A stretch of 60,904 nucleotides of DNA from a virus. This document shows positions 42,984 to 51,638 of this stretch, in pieces. The notes beneath the pieces were generated by a model. It did not search any database, was not told the origin of the DNA, and saw only the letters and a program-made list of their open reading frames with translations. The translations under genes and the position numbers were made by a program. How positions within the stretch are numbered: the stretch's first letter is position 1; each line of letters starts with the position of its first letter. The stretch covers positions 1 through 60,904 of IMG/VR virus record IMGVR_UViG_3300029778_000003; one strand, 5' to 3'.

Positions 42984-44966
42984 ATGAAGATTACACATGT
43001 ATTTGCACAGAATTTTTGTAAATTCTATGGCAAAAACACATTAGACACAGATTTTTCAATGAAAACTGTGTTATCCGGTCAGAATGAAGTCGGCAAATCG
43101 ACAGTTAAGAGAATTATTCTTGATGTGCTGAATTGTCACGATGAGAACGACAGAGAGATTACAGGCATAAGACCGCACGATGAAAACGGAGTTGAGATTG
43201 ACGATGTTGACATCACAAGAGCCGTTACCTTTGAGGTTGACGGAAAAGCAAAGACTCTGAAAAAGGTTACAAGGCAGAAACGTAACAAAAAGGGTGAGAT
43301 TACAGGCAGCGTTACTGATTATTCAATCAATGACGTGCCGTATAAAATGGCAGACTACAATCAGTACATCAATGACAACATGGCAGAGCTTGGAGTATTA
43401 CCATTTTGCTTAAATGCCATGACACTGCTTAACAAGTCACAGGCAGAGCAGAGATTAGCGCTTGCAAGCTATTTTGGAACACATACTGATGAAGAAATCT
43501 GCGATATGTTTCCACAGTTTGCCGAACTTAAGCCAATGTTTGACGATGGGGATGTAGACCAGCTCAAAAAAGTATGCCGTGGCAAGCTGAACGGCACAGG
43601 TGGTAGGAATGGCTCAAAAGGACTTGTCAAGGAAAGAGACGAAATCTCAACAAGGATTGATACAATTCATTCTACCAATGAGTATACAGACCTTGCAGAG
43701 CTTGAATTACAAAAGAAAACCTATGAGCCGCAGCTTAAGGAAATTGAAGATAAGCTGTCCGACTACAATAAGATTTTAGAGGATAAGCAGAAAGCCACAG
43801 AAGACATTATGAGCCTTAAATTTGAGCTTTCTGATATGGAGAGAAAAGCTAATGCCGAAAATCAGAAAAAGCGCATGGAGCTACAGTTACAGATTGATGG
43901 CTTCGACGCTTCAATCCGCAAAACAGAGTCAATGATAAGAGTTGGAAAAGCTAGCATTAAAAGCTCCGAAAGAGAGATTGGAGATTGCGCAATAGACTTA
44001 GCAAAGGTACGTGCTGACTGGAAAAAAGCAAAGGCACTTTCCTTTGATGAAAGCAGTGTTAATTGTCCGATGTGTGGTCAGAGATTACCGGAAGATACAA
44101 TAGAGAGTTTGAGAACTGATTTTAGTGATAAAAAATTGAAGAAGCTTAAAGAGCTTGAGGATAAGGGCAATTCATTATCAAATGACAGTAAGGAACTCAA
44201 ACAGGCTATTGAGGATAAGAAGAAAGAAATAGCTGACCTCGAAGCAGAACTTAAGGAGCTGACAGAAAAGCGTGATACTGTTGCTAACAAGTTTGAACGT
44301 GATAACATCGCTGAAGAGCTTGGAATGGTACCTACTGATATTGATATGACAGGTAACAGTGAGTATCAGGCACTTAAAGCTAAAATCGAGGAAAAAGAGA
44401 AAGCTCTTGCCGATGAAAATGATACATCGGAACTTATCAGAAAGTTCAAAAACGAGCGAAACGAACTGTTAAGGCAAGTTTCATCAGTTGATACAAAGAT
44501 TGAGCTTGGTGTGGCGAATAACAAGCGTATAGATGATAGCATAGCTGACCTTGAAAATAAGAGAACAGACCTCAATCAGGAGATAGCCGATTGGGAGAGA
44601 AAGCTTGATTTGCTGAAAGAGTTTACTCGCAAGAAGAATGAGCTTTTACAGGCTGACGTTAATAAGTATCTGAATTTTGCCACAGCAAAGCTGTTTAGAC
44701 CGCTCTTAAATGGTGATACCGAGGAGTGCTGCGACTTTGTATACAATGGTGAAGCATATGCGAGAAATCTGAATCATGGTGCGAGGATGCTGACAGAAGT
44801 TGATATATGCCGAGCTTTTCAGAAAGTGGCAAACGTTAATTTCCCAATTATCATTGATGATACAGAGAGCGTTGACGATTGGAGAATACCACAGATTGAT
44901 AACCAGTTGATTATGTTAAAACATACACAGGATAAAGAGCTTGTGATTGAAAATATGGAGGTATAG
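42984..44966 (+). CDS. Rad50/SbcC-like ATPase with coiled coil and CxxC zinc hook
   Basis: Walker A SGQNEVGKST, about 350 aa of heptad-rich sequence, central CPMCGQ, C-terminal PIIIDDTESVD (Walker B/D-loop-like). Confidence 0.8.
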   Translation: MKITHVFAQNFCKFYGKNTLDTDFSMKTVLSGQNEVGKSTVKRIILDVLNCHDENDREITGIRPHDENGVEIDDVDITRAVTFEVDGKAKTLKKVTRQKRNKKGEITGSVTDYSINDVPYKMADYNQYINDNMAELGVLPFCLNAMTLLNKSQAEQRLALASYFGTHTDEEICDMFPQFAELKPMFDDGDVDQLKKVCRGKLNGTGGRNGSKGLVKERDEISTRIDTIHSTNEYTDLAELELQKKTYEPQLKEIEDKLSDYNKILEDKQKATEDIMSLKFELSDMERKANAENQKKRMELQLQIDGFDASIRKTESMIRVGKASIKSSEREIGDCAIDLAKVRADWKKAKALSFDESSVNCPMCGQRLPEDTIESLRTDFSDKKLKKLKELEDKGNSLSNDSKELKQAIEDKKKEIADLEAELKELTEKRDTVANKFERDNIAEELGMVPTDIDMTGNSEYQALKAKIEEKEKALADENDTSELIRKFKNERNELLRQVSSVDTKIELGVANNKRIDDSIADLENKRTDLNQEIADWERKLDLLKEFTRKKNELLQADVNKYLNFATAKLFRPLLNGDTEECCDFVYNGEAYARNLNHGARMLTEVDICRAFQKVANVNFPIIIDDTESVDDWRIPQIDNQLIMLKHTQDKELVIENMEV

Positions 44967-44968
44967 AG

Positions 44969-45178
44969 ATGATTAAAGCAAAAGACGGAGAAGTTACATT
45001 TAGAGGCGCAAGAAGCAATATTATGGCAGAGGCAGTCACTGTTTTACGTGCGCTTAAAGAGGAACTTTCAGAGGAAGAGTACAAAATGGTGATTAGGCTT
45101 GCTGATAAAAGCGAGGAACAGGTGAAAGACGAAGCTGAGAGAGCAAGAGAAACACTCAAAAAGTTACTTGGATTATAG
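44969..45178 (+). CDS. Small hypothetical protein
   Basis: 69 aa, ggaggt RBS. Confidence 0.55.
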   Translation: MIKAKDGEVTFRGARSNIMAEAVTVLRALKEELSEEEYKMVIRLADKSEEQVKDEAERARETLKKLLGL

Positions 45179-45189
45179 GAGGCATAGAC

Positions 45190-45345
45190 ATGAGTATTAA
45201 GAAGAGAAATTATTACATGGGCGGTAAGAAACATACTGTGGAGCTTAAGTATGACGGATATATGTATACAGTTATATCTGACGGAGTTTTATTCAAGCAG
45301 ACACCTAATGAACTGTTTGCGGTTCAGGTTTTTAATGAGGTTTAA
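45190..45345 (+). CDS. Small hypothetical protein (51 aa)
   Basis: Hand translation: MSIKKRNYYMGGKKHTVELKYDGYMYTVISDGVLFKQTPNELFAVQVFNEV. ggagg RBS. Confidence 0.45.
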   Translation: MSIKKRNYYMGGKKHTVELKYDGYMYTVISDGVLFKQTPNELFAVQVFNEV

Positions 45346-45349
45346 GACA

Positions 45350-45526
45350 ATGGAAGAAATAAGAACAAATCTATCAAAAGAAGATGTTCTACACAATATG
45401 CTTGAGCTTGTCGGCTATTTAGTCGAACAAGAGGAAGAGGTAGACGAGATTGAGGTAAAAGTGAAAGATTTGAATATGCAATTTAAAGCATGGAGAGATG
45501 AGAAGCAAAGAGAGGAGAATCGATGA
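45350..45526 (+). CDS. Small acidic coiled-coil protein (58 aa)
   Basis: ATG 45350. MEEIRTNLSKEDVLHNMLELVGYLVEQEEEVDEIEVKVKDL... Confidence 0.5.
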   Translation: MEEIRTNLSKEDVLHNMLELVGYLVEQEEEVDEIEVKVKDLNMQFKAWRDEKQREENR

Positions 45527-46662
45527 GTATAAAAGGATATAAGGCATTTAACAGAGGAATGATATGCAAAGGCAAGCAATACGAAGAAAATACTACTTAC
45601 GAAGAAAAAGGAAACAAAATATGTGAAGCGGGTGTAATGCATTTCTGTGAAAATCCATTTGATGTGTTGAATTATTATCCACTTATTGATGAAGATGGCA
45701 ACATTTCAGATTTTGCAGATGTTGAAGCTATTGGAGATATTTATAAAGGAAAGGATAAAACAGCTACAAATAAGCTCCATATTGGTGCAAAACTTGGGCT
45801 TAAAGGGTTTATTAAGGCTTGCGTAGATTTTACAATTGAGAAAACAAAAGTTGAGACAGTCAAAGCAGACGATGTTGGTATCAGTAGTGGAGATTCCGCA
45901 AAGATAGGCAGTAGTGGAGATTACGCAAAGATAGGCAGTAGTGGAGATTACGCAAAGATAGGCAGTAGTGGAGATTACGCAAAGATAGGCAGTAGTGGAG
46001 ATTACGCAAAGATAGGCAGTAGTGGAGATTCCGCACAGATAGGCAGTAGTGGAGATTCCGCAAATATAGGCAGTAGTGGAGATTCCGCACAGATAGGCAG
46101 TAGTGGAGATTCCGCACAGATAGGCAGTAGTGGAGATTACGCACAGATAGGCAGTAGTGGAGATTACGCAAAGATAGGCAGTAGTGGAGATTCCGCAAAG
46201 ATAGGCAGTAGTGGAGATTCCGCACAGATAGGCAGTAGTGGAGATTACGCAAAGATAGGCAGTAGTGGAGATTCCGCACAGATAGGCAGTAGTGGAGATT
46301 CCGCAAAGATAGGCAGTAGTGGAGATTACGCAAAGATAGGCAGTAGTGGAGATTACGCACAGATAGGCAGTAGTGGAGATTCCGCAAAGATAGGCAGTAG
46401 TGGAGATTACGCAAAGATAACATCAGAAGGTAATAACTCTGTGGTTATGGCAGCAGGCTGCAATTCAATAGCAAAGGCAAAAATCGGTAGTTGGATAACA
46501 TTAGCCGAATGGATTAGAACTGATAAAGCAAATGATAGTGGTAATTATATATGGATTCCTAAGTGCGTAAAAACAGAATATGTAGACGGAGAACGTATCA
46601 AAGAAGATATATTCTATAAATTAGTTGATGGCGAATTTAAAGAAGTAGAAAGCGAGGATTAA
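45523..46662 (+). CDS. Repeat protein: DUF7666-like N-domain, 20 nonapeptide IGSSGD(S/Y)A(K/Q) repeats, C-terminal domain
   Basis: N-terminal KGYKAFNRGMICKGKQYEENTTYEE..CEAGVMHFCENPFDVLNYY resembles a phage/Firmicute family I know only as a domain of unknown function. Confidence 0.85.
   Translation: MSIKGYKAFNRGMICKGKQYEENTTYEEKGNKICEAGVMHFCENPFDVLNYYPLIDEDGNISDFADVEAIGDIYKGKDKTATNKLHIGAKLGLKGFIKACVDFTIEKTKVETVKADDVGISSGDSAKIGSSGDYAKIGSSGDYAKIGSSGDYAKIGSSGDYAKIGSSGDSAQIGSSGDSANIGSSGDSAQIGSSGDSAQIGSSGDYAQIGSSGDYAKIGSSGDSAKIGSSGDSAQIGSSGDYAKIGSSGDSAQIGSSGDSAKIGSSGDYAKIGSSGDYAQIGSSGDSAKIGSSGDYAKITSEGNNSVVMAAGCNSIAKAKIGSWITLAEWIRTDKANDSGNYIWIPKCVKTEYVDGERIKEDIFYKLVDGEFKEVESED
45877..46416 (+). 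repeat. Tandem array: one degenerate unit plus 19 units of 27 bp (ataggcagtagtggagatt[c/a]cgca[aag/cag/aat])
   Basis: Counted by hand from 45904 to 46416 (19 x 27 = 513 bp). Units are identical except at codon 7 (tcc/tac) and codon 9 (aag/cag/aat). Confidence 0.95.
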
Positions 46663-46664
46663 TT

Positions 46665-47552
46665 ATGGCAGAGAATACAGCAGTTGCGGAAAAGAAAGAA
46701 GCTGAAAGCAGAGAGCTTGTAGCAAAAGATTTTACAGAGGGAATGGTTGTGAAAATCAAGCAGAAAGAGAAATTTGGCTTGACATTTCCTAAAGATTACA
46801 ACTATACAAATGAGCTTATGTCGGCAATGCTTATCTTACAGGACACACAGGATATGAATAAGAAGCCTGTATTACAGAGCTGCACAAGGGCAAGTATCGA
46901 AAATGCACTTATTGAAATGGTGACAGACGGATTATCAATAAGAAAGAAACAGTGTTACCCAGTCGCTTATGCGGGCAAATTAAGCTGTCAGCCGTCTGTT
47001 TATGGTGCGACTTGTCTTGCTAGAAGATATGGGCTTAAAGACATTAATGCATCAGTTATTTATAAAGGAGATGTATTCAAGTACCACAAAGAGGATGCAA
47101 AGACAATTATTGATTGCCACGAACAGAGCTTTGAGAATATCGACAATGACAAGATTGTTGGTGCTTATGCAGTAGCAATTATGGGAAATGGTGAGAAGAT
47201 TGCAGAAGTTATGACTATGGCACAGATAAAGACAGCTTGGAAACAGGGATACGGATATAAGGAGACCGGAAACGGAGTTCATCAGAAATTTGCAGACCAA
47301 ATGGCTATGAAAACTGTTAAAAACAGACTTCTCAAAGCTATCAACAATACTCATAGCGGTTTTGGTAAAGAAGATGATTACGAGGAAATCAGCCGCGATG
47401 AAATGCTTGAACAGGATGTTGCTTATGATATTGAGCAGAACGCAAACACAGTAGATTTTGACGAGGACAACATAATTGATGTAGAGCCGACCGACACGGC
47501 CGACAAGCAGTCAGAGGAACTGCCGCCGTTCATGCAGAGTGAGGAGAGCTGA
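46665..47552 (+). CDS. recT: RecT-family single-strand annealing protein
   Basis: KKQCYPVAYAGKLSCQPSVYG..RRYG..GAYAVAIMGNGE pattern. Acidic C-terminal tail. Confidence 0.8.
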   Translation: MAENTAVAEKKEAESRELVAKDFTEGMVVKIKQKEKFGLTFPKDYNYTNELMSAMLILQDTQDMNKKPVLQSCTRASIENALIEMVTDGLSIRKKQCYPVAYAGKLSCQPSVYGATCLARRYGLKDINASVIYKGDVFKYHKEDAKTIIDCHEQSFENIDNDKIVGAYAVAIMGNGEKIAEVMTMAQIKTAWKQGYGYKETGNGVHQKFADQMAMKTVKNRLLKAINNTHSGFGKEDDYEEISRDEMLEQDVAYDIEQNANTVDFDEDNIIDVEPTDTADKQSEELPPFMQSEES

Positions 47553-47553
47553 T

Positions 47554-47886
47554 ATGAGAGTAATTTCACAGGATGGAACACTTGATATGCCATATGAAGA
47601 GGTGATTATTCAGAGATTCAGGTCAAGAATTTATTTTCTGAATAAAAACTTAACAGGCGTTGAGTCGCTTAGTGATGACATGCAAATTGCTGAATATTCC
47701 ACCGAAGCAAAGGCAATTAAGGCTATGGAAATGTTGAGAGAACATAATGAGGGTGTAATTTTTCTCAAAACAATAATAAATACCGAAAAAGGTACTACGT
47801 TCGTAAGTAGTTTGTCGAAAACTGATTTTAACAAGCTGACGCAGAATTACTTTCAGTTCCCACAGGATGATGAAATCGAGGTGTGA
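47554..47886 (+). CDS. Hypothetical protein
   Basis: ATG 47554 after gaggagag. 110 aa. Confidence 0.55.
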   Translation: MRVISQDGTLDMPYEEVIIQRFRSRIYFLNKNLTGVESLSDDMQIAEYSTEAKAIKAMEMLREHNEGVIFLKTIINTEKGTTFVSSLSKTDFNKLTQNYFQFPQDDEIEV

Positions 47887-47888
47887 GT

Positions 47889-48233
47889 ATGAGAATTATT
47901 AAAGGCAAAGAAAAAGAATACAAGGATTGGTACGACAAGAATAGTGACGGATACAGCAGAGCTTGCTTCACTTATGCTGAAAGGTGGGCTGAACTGTTAG
48001 AAGCAGAAATTGACAAGAGCAATGATATTAAGAAGTGCCTCGTTGATAACGCAGACAGATTGAGCCGTGAAGCAGACACAGAGGGTATAACAGAATTTAT
48101 GTACGGATGTGCAGTTAGCATTCTTTCGCAGTGCTGGGAATACGGAGAGTATTTGAGAAAATGGCACAATAAAGAGTATGACTATGACGGGAAAGGCGTT
48201 GTTAATCCAGCGCTTATGAGGATAAGCAAATGA
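47889..48233 (+). CDS. Hypothetical protein
   Basis: ATG 47889 after gaggtg. 114 aa. Confidence 0.55.
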   Translation: MRIIKGKEKEYKDWYDKNSDGYSRACFTYAERWAELLEAEIDKSNDIKKCLVDNADRLSREADTEGITEFMYGCAVSILSQCWEYGEYLRKWHNKEYDYDGKGVVNPALMRISK

Positions 48234-48960
48234 AACTTAAATGCTTAGGCTCATCGTCAGCCGGAAATTGCTATCTGCTAACTTCCAACAATGGAGAAAC
48301 ACTTATCCTTGATTGTGGAATACCGATTAAGGAGATTGAAAAAGGCTTAGATTGGCACATAAGGGGGATAAGGGGCATGATAATAAGTCATGCCCACCTC
48401 TAGACCATAGCAAGTCATTAAACGATTTTAAGGCTATGGGAATACCGATTTATGCACCATATTTGAAGATTGATTATATGTCAATGAATATGGGCGAATT
48501 TACAGTAAAACCCTTTGATTTAACAACAATAGACGGAAATTGGACACACACAAATGCAAACGGAACACCTTGCCCGATATTCGGCTTTCTGATTACTCAT
48601 AAGGAAATGGGGAGAATGCTTTACATAACCGATTGTGAGGTTGTCAAATGGAAATTCAAAGATATAAACCACATTCTATTAGGTGTGAATTATGACAAGG
48701 ATTTAATTGACAGGGATAACACAGGCAAAGCTAATCACGTTTTCAGAGGTCACTTAAGTATTGACACGGCTTGTGATTTTGTTAAGGCAAATTATTCAGA
48801 TAGCTTGCAGAATGTCATAATGTGTCATCTATCAAGTGAAAATGCTGATAGAGATAATTTTATCGAGAAGATGAAAAAAGTCGCTTGCGGGGCAAATGTG
48901 GATGTTGCAGAGCGCAACAAGGAATGGGCTTTAAGGAAAGGGGATGAATGTCCATTTTGA
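48230..48960 (+). pseudogene. Metallo-beta-lactamase-fold protein, reading frame broken inside the HxHxDH motif
   Basis: Frame A (ATG 48230): MKLKCLGSSSAGNCYLL..ILDCG..IISHAHL then TAG at 48401. Frame B continues LDHSKSLNDFKAMGIPIY... to 48960. Deleting the ta at 48401-48402 would restore HAHLDH. Confidence 0.7.
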
Positions 48961-49184
48961 GAATAGAAAGGACAAGATATGCCGTTATGAGACGAAATCG
49001 CACTGAAATATGGTGCGGTTTATCAAGAGAATTTCATTTTGTCAAAGTTGATGAATTGAAAGATACGGCAATTAAAACATACAGAACAGCAAAACAGGCT
49101 GAAAGCGGTTGTTCTTCTTGGGATAGAGATTTTGAAATTGTTAAATGCAAAGAAATTATTGATATAGAAAGTGAGGAAAAATAA
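48948..49184 (+). CDS. Hypothetical protein
   Basis: 78-aa ORF. Confidence 0.5.
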   Translation: MSILRIERTRYAVMRRNRTEIWCGLSREFHFVKVDELKDTAIKTYRTAKQAESGCSSWDRDFEIVKCKEIIDIESEEK

Positions 49185-49594
49185 TGAATTTTGTAGCATT
49201 AATGGGCCGATTAACTAGAGATCCGGATATTAGATATTCACAGGGAGAGAATGCAATGGCAATAGCAAGGTTTACACTTGCCGTTGACAAGAATTTTAAG
49301 AAGAAAGACGATAAGGCAAATTTCATTAACTGCGTGGCTTTTGGCAAGATTGCTGAAACAGTAGAAAAGCACGTATTTAAAGGCTCAAAGATAGCGGTTA
49401 TCGGTGAGTGGACTACAGGCAGTTACAAGAATAGAGACGGAAACACAGTCTACACTAACGATTGCAACATATCTAAGTTGGAATTTTGCGACAGTAAAAA
49501 TTCAAGTGGCAGCAGTGCAGAGCCACAGCCAAAACCCGATGATGGCTTTATGTCAATTCCTGATGGTATTGACGGGGAATTACCATTTAACTAA
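49184..49594 (+). CDS. ssb: Single-stranded DNA-binding protein
   Basis: MNFVALMGRLTRDPDIRYS..ARFTLAV OB-fold N-terminus and acidic tip DGIDGELPF. Confidence 0.92.
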   Translation: MNFVALMGRLTRDPDIRYSQGENAMAIARFTLAVDKNFKKKDDKANFINCVAFGKIAETVEKHVFKGSKIAVIGEWTTGSYKNRDGNTVYTNDCNISKLEFCDSKNSSGSSAEPQPKPDDGFMSIPDGIDGELPFN

Positions 49595-49648
49595 GAGTCG
49601 ATTGATTATAGGGCAGTCAATAACGGTTGTCCTAGAAAGGGAAAAATA

Positions 49649-50014
49649 ATGGATTATACGAACGAAGTATTTGCGAACATTGCAAAGGAAATAGCTGACC
49701 GGAAAGGGTATGTAATTACAAGAGCGTTTACATCGCAGATTGCAGAATTATTACAGAAAAACGGCATTATACCGATATGCAGCGAAAGATACATAAATCT
49801 TAACCCTGATGTGCCGAATTACAGTTCTGTCAGAAGAGTCACTGTTTCTTTTGATGAGCTTGATTGCACCAAGCATGACCGAGAAGTTAGAGAACAGGCA
49901 TACAGAGATTTTATCAAGGAATTTGAGAGCAGAGTTAATTCAAAAGATATATCTGAAAAACTCTTTGAAACTGAATGTATATTATTGGAGCGTGATAAGA
50001 ATGGGACTAATTGA
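49649..50014 (+). CDS. Hypothetical protein
   Basis: 121-aa ORF with RBS. Confidence 0.55.
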   Translation: MDYTNEVFANIAKEIADRKGYVITRAFTSQIAELLQKNGIIPICSERYINLNPDVPNYSSVRRVTVSFDELDCTKHDREVREQAYRDFIKEFESRVNSKDISEKLFETECILLERDKNGTN

Positions 50015-50321
50015 TGCAGATGCACTAAAGAAAGATTTAAAATCGGTCACTTTAAGCAATGGAACTTTAGTAAATACAAATGCAGTATTGCATTTACTAG
50101 AAGAATATCCGACCGCCTATGATGTAGACAAGGTTGTGGAGCAGTTGGAAAAGAAGATACAGACGCATGAGTGTTGTATAGAATATGAAAAGAAAAATGG
50201 AACGATAACAGAAGAATTTCAGCAAAGAAAAGCGGTTGAAGTGCTGAAAGATGCAATTGAGATTGTAAAGAGAGGCGGAGACATTGAATTGTCAAAACAT
50301 AGCAAGAGCCAAGGCGATTGA
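50001..50321 (+). CDS. Hypothetical protein
   Basis: ATG 50001 (MGLIDADALKKDL...). The upstream part of the ORF-track entry overlaps the previous gene. Confidence 0.5.
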   Translation: MGLIDADALKKDLKSVTLSNGTLVNTNAVLHLLEEYPTAYDVDKVVEQLEKKIQTHECCIEYEKKNGTITEEFQQRKAVEVLKDAIEIVKRGGDIELSKHSKSQGD

Positions 50322-50628
50322 ACAGGAAAATAAAAAGCGACTATTGAAGCTGAATCCAAAGCTGAATGATAAAAGCGGAATATACTTCTTGCTCCGAGAA
50401 GATGAAAACGGATTTAAGTATGCGTATGTCGGACAGGCAGTACATACACTTAGCAGATTGGCAAGCCACCTTGTAGGTTATGAACAGCACATAGACCTTA
50501 GCTTGCGCAAGCACAAGCTGTATGACAAAGAGAAAAATCCTTATGGTTGGCGAGTTGAATTTCTGAATTTTCCCGAAAGTCAGCTTGACGAGAAAGAGAA
50601 GTATTACATTAAGCAGATGAAAAGATAG
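50284..50628 (+). CDS. GIY-YIG domain protein, truncated paralogue of 51639..52241
   Basis: SGIYFLLREDENGFKYAYVGQAVHTLSRLASHL..NPYGWRVEF..EKEKYYIKQ. Ends where the 72-bp repeat begins. Confidence 0.7.
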   Translation: MNCQNIARAKAIEQENKKRLLKLNPKLNDKSGIYFLLREDENGFKYAYVGQAVHTLSRLASHLVGYEQHIDLSLRKHKLYDKEKNPYGWRVEFLNFPESQLDEKEKYYIKQMKR

Positions 50629-50683
50629 GAGGTAAAGAGGTTTGTGCGCACATTAAAACTGGTTTTACTCCGATTGAAAAATG
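50612..50683 (+). repeat. Copy A of a 72-73-bp dispersed repeat (copy B at 55067-55139)
   Basis: agcagatgaaRagataggaggtaaagaggtttgtgcgcaca..ttaaa..tttactcc..gaaaaatg. About 88 percent identical by hand alignment. Contains the palindrome tgtgcgcaca. Confidence 0.85.
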
Positions 50684-51451
50684 GAACAGAGGAATGTAAA
50701 TATTTTCAATGATGATTGCTTAAACATTATTAAGAAGATTCCAAACGAAAGCATTGACTTAATAGCGACAGACCCACCATATCCAACAACATCGAGAGGA
50801 AGTGCTGGAAACAGTGGTGGAATGTTGCAAAAGGAAATAAATAAAAAAGGAATAGTATTTACGCACAATAACATTGACTGCTCGGAATATGCATCAGAGT
50901 TTTACAGAATACTTAAAGATGGTAGCCATTGTTATGTTATGACTAATCATGTCAATCTTATACACATGCTAAACGCTTTTACTGATTTAAGAACCGATAA
51001 GGAAAAAGAGCAAGGGCTTAAAACTTATGGATTCCATTTTATTAAATCGTTGATATGGGATAAGGGAAACAAAATAATGGGTCAGTATTATATGTCACAA
51101 TTTGAATACATTTTGTTTTTCCGAAAAGGAAAAGGAGTAAAAATAAACAACTGCGGAACAAGTGATATATTGTCTATCCCAAATAAAAAGAAAAAGGATG
51201 CAAGTGGGAATAATCTACATGACACAGAAAAACCTGCTGAACTAATGAAAATATTGATTGAAAATTCTTCGGATAAAGGGCAAGTTGTTTTAGACCCTTT
51301 TATGGGGATAGGAAGCACAGGAATTGCTTGTATAAAAGCAGATAGAAAATTTATCGGAATTGAATTAGACCCACATTATTTTGAAATTGCAAAGAAAGAA
51401 ATGCTTGTGTTTGAGAAAGATAACCAGATGAGCATAACCGATTTCATATAA
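50681..51451 (+). CDS. DNA methyltransferase, N6-adenine/N4-cytosine class (DPPY before FxGxG, beta-type order)
   Basis: LIATDPPYPT (motif IV) then VLDPFMGIGSTG (motif I). Confidence 0.88.
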   Translation: MEQRNVNIFNDDCLNIIKKIPNESIDLIATDPPYPTTSRGSAGNSGGMLQKEINKKGIVFTHNNIDCSEYASEFYRILKDGSHCYVMTNHVNLIHMLNAFTDLRTDKEKEQGLKTYGFHFIKSLIWDKGNKIMGQYYMSQFEYILFFRKGKGVKINNCGTSDILSIPNKKKKDASGNNLHDTEKPAELMKILIENSSDKGQVVLDPFMGIGSTGIACIKADRKFIGIELDPHYFEIAKKEMLVFEKDNQMSITDFI

Positions 51452-51467
51452 AGAAAGGAATGATACC

Positions 51468-51626
51468 GTGTTTTTATTACTAGCGTTTGTATTTATGGTT
51501 TTAAGTTGGATTTTTGCGTTAAAATGCGACAAGTTTAATATCAAGAAAGACATTGTATGGCTTGTATTGTCAATCTTATTTGGATTTTTAGATGTTTTAT
51601 TTTGTGCATTACATTTTATTTTGTAA
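51468..51626 (+). CDS. Small membrane protein (52 aa), tentative
   Basis: GTG start after aaaggaatg. VFLLLAFVFMVLSWIFALKCDKF..WLVLSILFGFLDVLFCALHFIL. Confidence 0.3.
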   Translation: MFLLLAFVFMVLSWIFALKCDKFNIKKDIVWLVLSILFGFLDVLFCALHFIL

Positions 51627-51638
51627 AGGAATAGGAGT

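Noticed and set aside
45877-46416. A CRISPR array
   Set aside because: The repeats are directly abutting with no spacers, the unit is 27 bp in frame within a protein-coding gene, and there are no cas genes.
45881-46423. 180-aa minus-strand ORF (LRNLHYCLS repeated)
   Set aside because: It is the reverse-complement reading of the 27-bp tandem array, which has no stops by construction. There is no RBS, and it is embedded in a well-supported + strand gene.
48398-48403. The in-frame TAG in the MBL gene as evidence of stop-codon reassignment, with a phage suppressor tRNA
   Set aside because: Reading through the TAG in the same frame hits TAA five codons later, and the protein continues in a different frame. 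None of the identified tRNAs has a CUA, UCA or UUA anticodon. All other genes terminate normally with the standard code.
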